NCBI GenBank assembly: GCA_949358305.1
Contig: OX442314.1
Coordinates: forward strand, 3,658,001 to 3,722,000
Reading direction: 5' to 3'
Source: Strigamia acuminata
Taxonomy: Eukaryota
DNA: 64,000 bases
In this document: one piece after another, positions 24,050-37,979 of the stretch
Layout: each line of letters begins with the position of its first letter
Position numbering within the stretch: position 1 is the first letter of the stretch
Position numbers and translations under genes: made by a program
Notes under the pieces: model-generated
The model's database searches: none
The model's input: only the letters and a program-made list of their open reading frames with translations
Told to the model about the DNA's origin: nothing

Positions 24050-27000
24050 CCTGATTAGGATTACTTCCTTTTTAACTCTTGAAGAATTAAGTTTGTTTTT
24101 TTTGCTCCAAAACGTCCCAAAACGCCTGAAAATCGCGCAACTCGAGGCAAAACATTACAGTGTGTATTCAAATCAAAACTAGCTACAAATACATGCTGAA
24201 ATTAGCTAAATTTTCAAATTTTTTGGCTTTCAAGAAGTAATGGAAACATTTGACATAACGTGGATCAGTTGCATTCAAAAACTAAAATATTTTGTGTTTT
24301 ACTTCAATTTTAAACTAAAAATGATGTCATTTTCTGTTTAAACCCCTGTTAAAGCTTGAAATACATTTTAACTAAAAGAAATAAGTTTGTTTTTTTCTTC
24401 GGCAGTGACGTGTACACACGAGCACGCCTGAGAACGCCAAAAAATGCTAAAAAACGCTCAAAAACGCCTGAAAATCGCGCAACTCGAGGCAAAACATTAA
24501 TTTTTCATCTTTATTTCAACTTTTGTGACGTTTAAAATTGTGTTCTCATGTTTTTTGCCTCAAGTTGCATTGTCATCTGGCGTTTTGGAGTGTTTTTATG
24601 TGTTCGCAGGCGTTCGCAGGCGTTTTTTGGCGTTGTCACTCACTCAAGTGGCCAATTTTAGCATTTTCCGTAGTAAAAATGGCCGTTTTTCGTCAAAATG
24701 GCCATTTTTAGCCATTTTTCAGAGTAAAAATGTTTTTTTTTCACCGTTTTTATAGTAAAATGGCCATTTTTAGTCGTTTTTTTAATCAAAAATGGCCGTT
24801 TTTATCGTTGAAACGTTATTAAAATGTAACGTTTCAATGGCGTTTTGATCTCGCCTCATTTCCGGTTTTGAAAATTAATAAACGCCCCGGCGTTTATTCG
24901 AGGCAACACCCAACTTGGGCTTTTATTCGCGTCGCACCGCATCATCATCTCACCTTGCCTCCCGTCTTGAAAATTTATAAACGCCCCGGCGTTTATTCAA
25001 GGCAAACCATTGTTTATGTAAGTTTTTCCTGATTAGGGTTACTTCCTTTAGAAGAAACACGTTTATTTCTTCTCGCTTAATCTTGAGTCGTGATCTCGCC
25101 TCGTTTCTGGTCTTAAAAATTAATAAACACCCCGGCTTTTATTCAAGGCAATACGGTACGTTTATGAAACCCAACTTGGGCTTTCATTTTAAAAAAAGCG
25201 CGTGTTCTTACGTCGAACTAAGAGATACAGGTGAATTAGCAACGCCTAATTTGATTTAATAAATAAAGCAAACAACATCTCGCCTCACTTCTGGCGTTTG
25301 TTCGAGGCAAGCCATTGTTTTTGCATTTTTTTTCCTGATTAGGGTTACTTCCTTTTTAACTCTTGAAGAAATAAGTATGTTTTTTTTACTCGGCAGTGAC
25401 GTGTACGCGCGAGTACGCCTGAGAACGCCAAAAAATACTCCAAAACGCCTGAAAATCGTGCAACTCGAGGCAAAACATTAATTGTTTATTTTTGTTTCAA
25501 CTTTTGTAACGTTTACAATTGTGTTCTCATGTTTTTTGCCTCAAGTTGCATTGTCATTTTGCGTTTTGGGGCGTTTTTAGGCATTTTTAGGCATTTGCGG
25601 GCGTTCTTGGGCGTTTTTTGGCGTTGTCATTCAATCAAATGGCCATTTTTAGCCATTTTTAGCCATTTTTCATAGAAAAATGGTCATTTTTAGCCGTTTT
25701 TCATCCAAAATGGCCGTTTTTCATCCAAAAGGGCCGTTTTTCATCCAAAATGGAATAATTGTTGTGTCCGGATTTTATGTCATTTATTGTCTTAATTAAA
25801 GTTAACAAAGTGTCTTTAATTTTTGCTTTTCTTGAATTTCAGCTTTTTAGATATTTTTACATATTAAACTTTCATTTTTTGTGATTTATTAAAAGTTACA
25901 GTGTTTTCATGAATTTTAGTGTCTATGATATTGATATTATCTTTATTCATTGCTATTTAAAGTTTTATTACTTCTCTGTGTCTTATTTCTTTAATTCTTG
26001 CTCATTTTGTGTGATTTTGGATGATTTTTAGTGCATCCGTCGATTTACAGATCACTTGCGTAAGACGCGTGACGTCATATTTCTTAATCTAGTTCGGTTG
26101 TGTTCAAACTTCTAACCTTTTGTTTGGACCTTATTCTTGTGTTATGGATAGGTTTTAGAATTGATTTAGACTAATTTGGGGGTGATCTGTCGATTGGTTT
26201 GCTTTATTTTTGTCCCGGAACGGTCGTTTTGTCGTTTCGAGCGTTTGTTGTCGGTACGCACTTGTGCGCTGCTGACCGAGTTCATTCCGTTCGGCAAACG
26301 ATTATTTTCAAGTGTTCTTTTAATAAATAGTGCTTTTGTTGTAGGAAATTACATTTCCTAATGTTATTTTATTCAATACAGTGTGTATTCTTGATTTTAT
26401 TCTTGTGTTGAAATTCAAATGTCGTGTTTTGCCGCTCTAGCGGATTTGAAGTGGGCGCCATGTTGGATTTCCCCGCTAATTTCTTTATTTATCCATTTCA
26501 TTTGTCTTTTTGAAAATGAATAAACGCCCCGGCGTTTATGCGAGGCAAGCCATAGTTTTTGTAGGTTCTTTCCTGATTAGGGTTACTTGTGACGTGCACG
26601 CGCGAGCTCGCCTGAGGACGCCAAAAAAAGCTCAAAAACGCCCCAAAACGCCTGAAAATCGCGCAACTCGAAGCAAAAAATTACAGTTTGAATTCAAATC
26701 AAAACTAACCACAAATACATGCTACAATTAGGTAAATTTTCAAATTTTTTATCAATAAATGATGACTTTCAAGAAGTATGACAACATTTGACAAAATTTA
26801 GACCAGTTGCATTTAAAAACTAAAATATTTTGTGTTTTACTTCAATTTTAAACCAAAAATGACGTCATTTTTTGTTTAAACCGGCGTTTATTTGAGGCAA
26901 ACACGCCGCTGAGAACGCCAAAAAATGCTCAAAAACACTCCAAAAGACCTGAAAATCGCGCAACTTGAGGCAAAAAATTAATTTTTCATCTTTGTTTCAA

Positions 27001-29290
27001 CTTTTGTGACGTTTAAAATTGTGTTTTCAAGTTTTATGCCTCAAGTTGCATTGTCATCTGGCGTTTTGGGGCGTTTTGGGGCGTTCGCAGGCGTTTGCAC
27101 GCGTTTTTTGGCGTTGTCACTGACTCAAGTGGCCATTTTTAGCCAATTTTCGAAGTAAAAATGGCCTTTTTTTATTAAAATGGCCATTTTCAGCCATTTG
27201 TCATAGTAAAAATGGCCATTTTCAGCCATTTTTTATAGTAAAAATGGCCATTTTTCATCCAAAATGGCCGTTTTTCATCCAAAATGACCATTTTTATCAT
27301 TGACACGCTATAAAAATGTAACGTTTCAATGGCGTTTTGACGGAACCGGTAAGTTTTGAAATTTCCCGTGTCCCGTTATTGTGACTCCTCGTCCGGTTTC
27401 TCAGAACCGAAACCCTAATACAGGTGAATTAGTGACGCCTAATTTGTTTTAACAAATAAAGCAAACAACATCTCGCCTCACTTCCAGTCTTGAAAATTAG
27501 TAAACGCCCCGGCGTTTATTCGAGGCAAGCCGTTGTTTTTACAGTAATTTCCTGGTTAGGGTTATTTTTTTTTTAACTCTTGAAGAAATAAGTTTGTTTT
27601 TTTCTCGCCTGCACGCGCGAGCTCGCATGAGAATGCTAAAAAATAAGCAAAAACGTTCTAAAACGCCCCAAAACGCTTCAAAATGCTCCAAAAAGCCTGA
27701 AAATCGTGCCACTCAAAGCAAAAAATTATGTTCGCATGTTTTTTGCCTCAAGTTGCACGGTTATCTGGCGTTTTGGTGCGTTCTTGGGGCGTTTTGGTGC
27801 GTTCTTGGGGCGTTTTCGGGCGTTTTTTTGGCGTTGTCACTCACTCCCACACTTTGCTGTCTTGTTTATTACAATTTGGTTTAGCTGTTGTATTTATTTT
27901 TATTTGTTTTATGGTTATTTAATGTGTTTTTGTAGCATTCAAAATGTTTTGTTGCCTAATTTCTCGTTTTGGCGCCAACTGTTTGTTTGACAACGCCGTG
28001 TCAGAATTTAGGGATGATTCTGCTTTGGTTTCTAATTAAAAAAAAAATGTTGTTTTAATTTCAATTGTAACTGCTTATTATAACGTTATTATTAGTATTT
28101 TGTAAAGGTTCATTCTTTTTCCATGTTAATAAAAAATGAAGTAACTTTCGGTGAAAAAAAAAACAGTTAAATGCGGATCAAAATTAAACACACACGAGAA
28201 GTTTAATAAACGTCCCGGCGTTTATTCGAGGCAATACGGTACATTTGTGAAACCCAACTTGGAACCCGAAAATAACGTGGGGCCGTCTGAACACCTGGAT
28301 TTGAATTTTCGTCTACGCGCGCGCCGACGCATGGGGAATGCGGGGTGGGGTTCCTTCCCAGTGTTCCGAACGAGTCAATTTCACCCCGAAAATATCCCGA
28401 AATTGCTGATACATGCATTTCGAGCCAGAAATATTGATCTTCATGTAAATTTTGATTGTTTAGCTTTTTTTTGAAATTTTACAAATTTTTCTCATCTCCT
28501 GCCTTCCTCGCTCATTTAACACCAAAATGGCCTGCATTGAGGATTTTTCCCATAATCCTTTTCACACGTATGGAGCGCAAACAGTCGCAATAAATGAAAT
28601 CAGCGGAATTCGGCCTTGAGTTTGCGACGCCATCTTGAATACGAGTAACAGCACAGTATGGTGTCAATTATTCGAACTGATCGTAAGGCATGGGACAAAA
28701 ATTGATTAAAAACGAACAAACATGATTAAAAATCAACAAAAATCGACTGAAATCGGACAATAATCAATTCAGAATGACAAATAACGATTAAAATTGGCAA
28801 AAATTGTCACAAATAGAGAAAAACCGATTAAAAATCAGCAAGAAACCAATAGAAATTGATAAAATCAAATAAAAATTAACAAATATCCATTTTGTTTGCT
28901 TTTAAACAAATTAAGAACTTTGAAAACACACGACAATTTTAAACAGTAAACACCGGGGTCAAATAAGCGCCGCTACTCGTTTAAACACCGGGGAGGTGTT
29001 AGTGAAGTGCCTCGAGTGGAGAAATTAATAAACGCTCGAGGCACCACGGTAGGCTTATTAAACACAAAATATGAAACGCTCGATCTTCAACAGGCGCACA
29101 CGCCCGAGAACACCTCGGCATGCCTCAGCACTCTCCAAGAAACGAGAAAAACCAAGGCAAAAAAAAAAAAAATACACCAAAATTAGGACTAAAATCAAAC
29201 ACACATGGGGCCCGGAAGATTGATAACATCCCGGCATATATTCAAGGCAGTACGCCATGTTTTTTCCACCATTTTGTAAGTTTATTTCAA
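24050..29290. repeat. Mosaic of pogo/Tc2-like TIR relics and AAAATGGCC-type minisatellites (repeated at +18040)
   Basis: Recurrent palindrome AATAAACGCC-CC-GGCGTTTATT followed by CGAGGCAA(TACGGTA), i.e. CCGTA-starting TIRs on the minus strand, at ~24877, 24977, 25122, 26519, 27501, 28205. Confidence 0.6.
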
Positions 29291-29526
29291 TATTCATAAA
29301 GTTTATTGCTTTTTGTATCATTAGTAGTATTCCCTTGTGTGATGTGGTTTTATAAATATCACACACAACTGCTTCTGCTGTTTTCTTCACGTTTATGCTT
29401 CGTGTATGCACGTGAAGCCCTCGCACATCTTTTGAGCACCTGTACACATTTGGACACGCTCAAGGTGCTACATCGCGCGCTCAAACGCACTAGATCGCGC
29501 GCGCAAACGCGCTACATCACGCATAT

Positions 29527-29918
29527 TAGGGATAAGAACAGACCGGGATAGGGACTGGACTGGTAATGTTTGCCCTATGCGGATACGGGACGGGACGGGA
29601 TTACAGTTGCTAAATTCGTACTGCGAGGCGGAGACAATTTTCTAATTCCAGTTGTTATTTATCACTATTAAGCCTAATATTGAGCCTGATAATGCTAAAA
29701 TAAAGTAAATAAACAACAACAACAAACTCATTATTAAAAGTAAATTACACTGTATGACCAAAATATTGTTGTTTCTTTACTTTATTTTAGCATTATTAGG
29801 CCTAATATTAGGCTTAATACTGATTTATTTCAATTATGCAATCATACGCGCGTATTACGCTAACGTAATGGACCCGGGACGGGTCGGGACCCGAAAATTG
29901 GTCCCGTTCTCATCCCTA
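29527..29918. mobile_element. hAT-like MITE (392 bp)
   Basis: TIR TAGGGATAAGAAC / GTTCTCATCCCTA, 8-bp TSD ACGCATAT on both sides, internal inverted repeats. Confidence 0.85.
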
Positions 29919-30134
29919 ACGCATATATATATCGCAGACATATCGCGCCCACGACAAAGCACAAACCCATGGCAGTCACCAAAGAATATTTACGCCGCTT
30001 CCACGCACGTTTTATTTTCTCACAGGCCTCTACACATTTAACTTGCGCGCGCACTTGCTACGTGCTCGTGTGGTCACAATAAATACCTAATTTTCATTAA
30101 AATAACGAATGAACGAAATCACTTCAACCACACT

Positions 30135-33100
30135 TGCTACGGTCGACGCATCGACGGCGATTCGCATGCGTTACCCCAAATACCGATCAAAAATCGCAGA
30201 AAACACTAATCCCGACCCAAAAACCGCCAAAATTACCCTCAACACACCCCAACAACCTTCCACCACTTAAATTACACCGGAAAAAAAACAATTTCAAACC
30301 GAAAAATCAACAAAAAAGGCCAAAAAAATATTGCAAACAAAGAGAAAAGATCAATTATCGAGGCAAATCCCCACCACAAAACAACGCATCGCCGGTAAAC
30401 ACTTAAGCGTACAGTGCACAACACTACTGTTTATTTTCAATGATCCAATAAATAAAATTTGAAACAAAGTTGAGTGGAATTGTACGTTTCTTGTATATTA
30501 AAGTTTTTATTTTGTTTGTTTACACTTAATTTTTTTTTTCCATCATAGAATGGCGACTCGATACTTTTGTAGCTCGAATTCACTTCGTAAACGTAATCGG
30601 TGTTCATCACGCGTCAATGCGCTCGTGCAATAGTATAGGCGCGCATACGATTTGATGCGCGCAAAACTTGCAAAACTTGCACGGAATTTGGGCAATTTTT
30701 GACAATTTTCAGCAGATTTTTGCCTGTATTTGACAAATTTCAGAAGATTTTTGCCTATATTTGACAAATTTCAGAAGATTTCCTCAATCCTCAAACATTT
30801 GCTGAAATTTCTCATAAAATTTCTAAAATTAATTGAAATTTGTCTGAAATTTGTCTGCAATTTGTCAAATATTGTCAAAAATCCGTGGAAATTTGTCAAA
30901 TACTGGCAAAAATCCATGTAAATTTGTCAAAAATTGCCATAATTCGGTGCAAATTGTGTTAGACATTGGAAAAATTTATTTTAACGCTTCCAACGCGCCA
31001 GTAAATCGCGCGTGCACACGCGTGAATTTTTCGTCATAGTTGGATGCGCGCAAACCTCACGTAACTTGCGCCAAAATTTGGCAATTTTTGACAAATTTCA
31101 GCAGATTTTTGCCAGTATTTGACAAATTTCCACTGATTTTTGACAATATTTGACCCAACAACTGCGCCACGTTCCAGGCGCCGGTTTAGGCATTTTAGAC
31201 CCGTTTTAGACCGTTTTAGATGGCGAAAACGTTCTCTCCATCATTTTCTACCCCTGGGTGAGGTTTTCAGCGTTCATGATTGATGAAAAAGCTGTTTTCT
31301 AACTAGCTGTCCCATTGCTAGTTTTGGCGTCAGGTTTTAGCAACCTTCCGATCCGACTCTGTCGTCTGCACGAATTCCAAGACCGTTTTAGGGTTAATTT
31401 GAGTCAAATAATTCATTCTGGGGGTTGTTTTGGGTTTTTTACAAGTGTGTTTTTGTAGTTTTTATTGGTTTCAAACATTGTCAATTCTTTATACAAGTGT
31501 AACTTTCATTTCTCTGTATTTTGAGAACTTTGCATTGCAGCAAAGTTCATTTCTTGCCCCTTAATTATTGTGTAATTGTTGGTTTTCAAGCCCGTTTTTT
31601 AACAATAACTTTATTTGAAGTGCCTATTGTTTCAGGCACGTGCTTCCACGTGCCTTTTATTGTTGAGCAATTTCTTGGGCAGTTGCGCTCCTGTTGCTAG
31701 CATTGCCGCGCGTTCTCCGCGCGCGTACTCGCGTTTCGCATCACACACATTCGGATTCGATGGCCTATCGCGGCGGCACATTGTGTGGCATAGCGCGGCA
31801 CGTTGCAATTACGTGACGTGGCACGTTGCTGTTACGTGACGCGATAGCCAGTATTTAAGCAGGGGATTCCATCATCGTTTACACAAATGCGCATTGCAAC
31901 GTGGAGGCGCATTCGAGTCCTTTTCCCAAGCGAAATCGTATTTGATTCGCTTTTGAATCGAATACGAGTTTTGTCCTTTTTCAACGCGAAATCGTATTTG
32001 ATTCGCTTTCGAATCGAATACGAGTTTTGCCCTTTCTCAACGCAAAATCGTATTTGATTCGCATCCGAATCAAATACGAGATTTGTCCTTTTTCAAAGCG
32101 AAATCGTATTCGATTCGCTGTCGAATCGTATATGAGATGGTCGATTTTTGTTTCCCGGACTTTGATTCGTATTCGAGTTGTTACGAGTTCGTATTTTGAT
32201 CGTATTCGTATTCGAATCGAATTCGAATCGTATTCGAATCGAATACGAATCGAATTCGAGTCGTATTCGAGATGGTCGATGATTTCCACTCGCTCGTATA
32301 CGCGTTGTATACGAGCTCGTATTTTGATCGTAATCGTAAACAAATCGTTTACAAGTCGTATACAAGTTGTATACGACGTGTATACACCTCGTATACGAAC
32401 GAAGTTTGTGAAAACACAATTTCCAAATAAGACGTATGTGACTACTATGTGTTTTCATGTCGTAGTAAGTATCCGGTGGATTTTCCAAACTTCGTTCGTA
32501 TACGAGGTGTATACACGTCGTATACAACTTGTATACGACTTGTAAACGATTCGTTTACGATTACGATCAAAATACGAGCTCGTATACAACGCGTATACGA
32601 GCGAGTGGAAATCATCGACCATCTCGAATACGACTCGAATTCGATTCGTATTCGATTCGAATACGATTCGAATTCGATTCGAATACGAATACGATCAAAA
32701 TACGAACTCGTAACAACTCGAATACGAATCAAAGTCCGGGAAACAAAAATCATCGACCATCTCGTATACGATTCGAAAGCGAATCGAATACGATTTCGCG
32801 TTGAGAAAAGGCAAAACTCGTATTCGATTCGGATGCGAATCGAATACGATTTCGCGTTGAAAAAGGATAAAACTCGTATTCGATTCGAAAGCGAATCGAA
32901 TACGATTTCGTGTTGAAAAAAGGCAAAACTCGTATTCGATTCGGATGCGAATCGAATACGATTTCGCGTTGAAAAAGGACAAAACTCGTATTCGATACAA
33001 AAGCGAATCGCATACGATTTCGCGTTGAAAAAGGACAAAACTCGTATTCGATTCGAAAGCGAATCGAATACGATTTCGCGTTGAAAAAGGACAAAACTCG

Positions 33101-34938
33101 TATTCGATTCGAAAGCGAATCGAATACGATTTCGCTTGGGAAAAGGACTCGAATGCGCCTCCACGTTGCAATGCGCATTTGTGTAAACGATGATGGAATC
33201 CCCTGCTTAAATACTGGCTATCGCGTCACGTAACAGCAACGTGCCACGTCACGTAATTGCAACGTGCCGCGCTATGCCACACAATGTGCCGCCGCGATAG
33301 GCCATCGAACCCGAATGTGTGTGATGCGAAACGCGCGAGTACACGCGCGGAGAACGCGCGGCAATGCTAGCAACAGGAGCGCAACTGCCCAAGAAATTGC
33401 TCAACAATAAAAGGCACGTGGAAGCACGTGCCTGAAACAATAGGCACTTCAAATAAAGTTATTGTTAAAAAAACGGGCTTGAAAACCAACAATTACACAA
33501 TAATTAAGGGGCAAGAAATGAACTTTGCTGCAATGCAAAGTTCTCAAAATACAGAGAAATGAAAGTTACACTTGTATAAAGAATTGACAATGTTTGAAAC
33601 CAATAAAAACTACAAAAACACACTTGTAAAAAACCCAAAACAACCCCCAGAATGAATTATTTGACTCAAATTAACCCTAAAACAGTCTTGGAGGTCGTGC
33701 AGACGACAGAGTCGGATCGGAAGGTTGCTAAAACCTGACGCCAAAACTAGCAATGGGACAGCTAGTTAGAAAACAGCTTTTTCATCGATCATGAACGCTG
33801 AAAACCTCACCCAGGGGTAGAAAATGATGGAGAGAACGTTTTCGCCATCTAAAACGGTCTAAAACGGGTCTAAAATGCCTAAACCGGCGCCTGGAACGTG
33901 GCGCAGTTGTTGGGTCAAATATTGTCAAAAATCAGTGGAAATTTGTCAAATACTGGCAAAAATCTGCTGAAATTTGTCAAAAATTGCCAAATTTTGGCGC
34001 AAGTTACGTGAGGTTTGCGCGCATCCAACTATGACGAAAAATCCATGCGTGTGCACGCGCGATTTACTGGCGCGTTGGAAGCGTTAAAATAAATTTTTCC
34101 AATATCTAACACAATTTGCACCGAATTATGGCAATTTTTGACAAATTTACATGGATTTTTGCCAGTATTTGACAAATTTCCACGGATTTTTGACAATATT
34201 TGACAAATTGCAGACAAATTTCAGACAAATTTCAATTAATTTTAGAAATTTTATGAGAAATTTCAGCAAATGTTTGAGGATTGAGGAAATCTTCTGAAAT
34301 TTGTCAAATATAGGCAAAAATCTTCTGAAATTTGTCAAATACAGGCAAAAATCTGCTGAAATTTGTCAAAAATTGCCCAAATTCCGTGCAAGTTTTGCAA
34401 GTTTTGCGCGCATCAAATCGTATGCGCGCCTATACTATTGCACGAGCGCATTGACGCGTGATGAACACCGACCACGTTTACGAAGTGAATTCGAGCTACA
34501 AAAGTATCGAGTCGCCATTCTATGATGGAAAAAAAAAATTAAGTGTAAACAAACAAAATAAAAACTTTAATATACAAGAAACGTACAATTCCACTCAACT
34601 TTGTTTCAAATTTTATTTATTGGATCATTGAAAATAAACAGTAGTGTTGTGCACTGTACGCTTAAGTGTATACCGGCGATGCGTTGTTTTGTGGTGGGGA
34701 TTTGCCTCGATAATTGATCTTTTCTCTTTGTTTGCAATATTTTTTTGGCCTTTTTTGTTGATTTTTCGGTTTGAAATTGTTTTTTTCCGGTGTAATTTAA
34801 GTGGTGGAAGGTTGTTGGCGTGTGTTGAGGGTAATTTTGGCGGTTTTTGGGTCGGGATTAGTGTTTTCTGCGATTTTTTATCGGTATTTGGGGTTTGATG
34901 CAGCGGATAGCGCATGTGAATCGCCGTCGACCGTAGCA
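30135..34938. repeat. ~4.8-kb foldback palindrome with a 77-bp central spacer (32409-32485); extra tandem arm copy at ~34945-36240
   Basis: 30135-32408 is the reverse complement of 32486-34938 (mirror ORFs 30730+/34147-, 31615+/33249-). The inner arms contain 56-bp hairpin repeats. Confidence 0.92.
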
Positions 34939-36418
34939 TTAGCAATTGCAACCTGCCGCGCTATGCCACACAATGTGCCGCCGCGATAGGCCATCGAATC
35001 CGAATGTGTGTGATGCGAAACGCGAGTACGCGCGCGGAGAACGCGCGGCAATGCTAGCAACAGGAGCGCAACTGCCCAAGAAATTGCTCAACAATAAAAG
35101 GCACGTGGAAGCACGTGCCTGAAACAATAGGCACTTCAAATAAAGTTATTGTTAAAAAAACGGGCTTGAAAACCAACAATTACACAATAATTAAGGGGCA
35201 AGAAATGAACTTTGCTGCAATGCAAAGTTCTCAAAATACAGAGAAATGAAAGTTACACTTGTATAAAGAATTGACAATGTTTGAAACCAATAAAAACTAC
35301 AAAAACACACTTGTAAAAACCCAAAACAACCCCCAGAATAAATTATTTGACTCAAATTAACCCTAAAACGGTCTTGGAGGTCGTGCAGACGACAGAGTCA
35401 GATCGGGAGGTTGCTAAAACCTGACGCCAAAACTAGCAAAGGGACAGCTAGTTAGAAAACAGCTTTTTCATCAAACATGAACGCTGAAAACCTCACCCAA
35501 GGGTAGAAAATGATGGAGAGAACGTTTTCGCCATCTAAAACGGTCTAAAACGGGTCTAAAATGCCTAAACCGGCGCCTGGAACGTGGCGCAGTTGTTGGG
35601 TCAAATATTGTCAAAAATCAGTGGAAATTTGTCAAATATAGGCAAAAATCTGCTGAAATTTGTCAAAAATTGACCAAATTCCGTGCAAGTTTTGCAAGTT
35701 TTGTGCGCATCAAGCCATGCGCGCCTATACTATTGCACGAGCGCATTGACGCGTGATGAAAACCGACCACGTTTACGAAGTGAATTCGAGCTACAAAAGT
35801 ATCGAATCGCCATTCTAGTATGGAACAAAAAAAATTAAGTGGAAACAAACAAAATAAAAACTTTAATATACGAGAAACGTACAATTCCACTCAACTTTGT
35901 TTCAAATTTTATTTATTGGATCATTAAAAATAAACAGTAGTGTTGTGCACTGTACACTTAAATGTATACCGCAGTACAAGTACCGCGGTCCCGGTACTGC
36001 ACCGGTACACGTGAAAACGCGAGTTTCTCAAATTTAAAAAGTTGATGTCGGCGGCGATGCGTTGTTTTGTGGTGAGAATTTGCCTCGAGAATTGATCTTA
36101 TCTCTTTGTTTGCAATATTTTTTTTGGCATTCTTTGTTGATTTTTCGGTTTGAATTTGTTTTTTTCCGGTGTAATTTGAGTGGTGGAAGGTTGTTGGGGT
36201 GTGTTGAGGGCAATTTTGGTTATTTGTTGATTTTTAATTGATTTAATCGTTTTCTGTTTGTTTTTGCTGGTTTTTAATCGATTTTTCTGTATTTTTGGTC
36301 AATTTTTACCAATTGTAATTGTTATTTGTCATTCTGAATTGATTATTGTCCGATTTTATTCGATTATTGTCAGATTTCAGTCGATTTTTGTCGATTTCTA
36401 ATCAATGTTTATACATTT

Positions 36419-37239
36419 TGTCGCGTCCTACTTTGTATAGGTTTAAATAGCGCTAACGTGTAATACTTTACCTGTGATCAATTATGCAAATACCCAAATG
36501 AATACCAAATGTATGTAAATAAACAGTTAATTTATTCACCAGGCTTTATGCCTTTAAAATACACTCAGTAATAATTCTAGAGTCGACGTGGTCAGCGTCG
36601 AACAAAGGATTTCTCAAGATGGCGTCGTCGATTCCGCGTGGTCGGCGGAACAAAGGCGGCGTCTCGAGTTGTCGTTAATTCGTCACGGATTCGTCTTCAC
36701 GGACGCGGTGGAATGCTCTCTCGAGTCTTCTATCCGTGCCTGTTGTCTAGGTTTTGGTTTAGCGTCGCAGAGGCCTCGTCTAGGAACTTTGGGGTTCCTT
36801 ACAAAGCACTCGGACACTCACTTCGGCGAATAATCGTCTGGGCGATTATTCTGGGTGATTTCACAAGGGCTATTCTCGTGCTTTCGCAGGAATAGCTCGC
36901 AAGTGACTTCGTGAGAGTTACAGTTTGCACTTTACTCAGCGATCCTCGATCAATCCTAACTTGTAGTTGAAGTTGGCCTGACGGTGAGGTAGTTGCTGTG
37001 TTCTTGGTGTCGTTTGTGTAAGTTCTGACTTTAGGCGGGAAACACAGCCTTTTATGCAGTGGGGTGAAGGGCCGGCGATCAACCAATGGGGGCTGACCAC
37101 CAGCCGCTTCCTCCCCCTCGGGGCACACACCTGCCATGGGGAGGTGGAGCCAACTCGGGGGGGAACGACTCTTCAATCACAGTGACTCAGAGGACAAGTA
37201 TCCGCTCTGGGGGGACACTTATCCAACTGGGTCACCACA
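36419..37239 (-). mobile_element. Solo LTR (821 bp), gypsy-like
   Basis: TG...CA ends, 4-bp TSD ATTT, empty site in unit 2 (ATACATTTCTTATC at ~54863), AATAAA on the minus strand near its 3' end. Confidence 0.88.
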
Positions 37240-37979
37240 ATTTCTTATCAAGTTTTGTATATTTTTGTTGATTTTTAATCATATTTGTTCCTTTTTAATC
37301 AAAGTCGAAAACGAGTTGTAAATGCGTTCGTATGCGACGCGAACGCGTATTGGAGTCGATTCCAAGTTCGTATTCCATCGCAAACGCGCATTTGAGACGT
37401 TAACGAGTTTATCTTTTTCACTCTCGCTTGATCCCCCTTTATCGCGCCTCATTGCTCCTGTGAAAAAAAATATATGAGAATGCACAGAAATGAACCTTCC
37501 AATACTTACATGAAAATTGGCAACCTTGACACAAAACAGTCTATCGACACTCCCAACACCACCCCGGACATTTTTCGGAAGAGTTTGGTCCACCCGGAAT
37601 CCGCAGAATAGTCTCCCCCGAAATGCGGATTTCGCGGACGCCAATCCGCGAAAAGGATAAAAAATTTCCAATGTATAAACTTTATTTCTGTTTTCAGTTT
37701 CCTGATATGATTAAAGAAAATCCTAAATATTATTTCCAAACATTTATCAAATTCTTTTCAAAAGCAGTTGTGGAGGCGTCTACTACGAACGTGTCATCGT
37801 GGGCGTCAAATTTGAATATTTTTAACTTTCTGCGTTTGCACGAATTCGCAGAATTCGTCCACTGGCATCGTGGCGACGCATGGTCGACATTTTGTATTCA
37901 TATGTGACGCGCACTCTATTTACTCACGTAGAACACACGAATCGCGCGCGTCAACGCGCACATGTAAATTTAGTTTCAC

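Larger units (their letters stand above)
23032..37656 (+). mobile_element. Unit 1 (14,625 bp): left end to right end, followed by ATAA
   Basis: Begins CCTTATGGCGCGCATGCGGATTTC and ends ATGCGGATTTCGCGGACGCCAATCCGCGAAAAGG. Near-identical to 41073-55283 at an offset of ~18,040. Confidence 0.85.
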
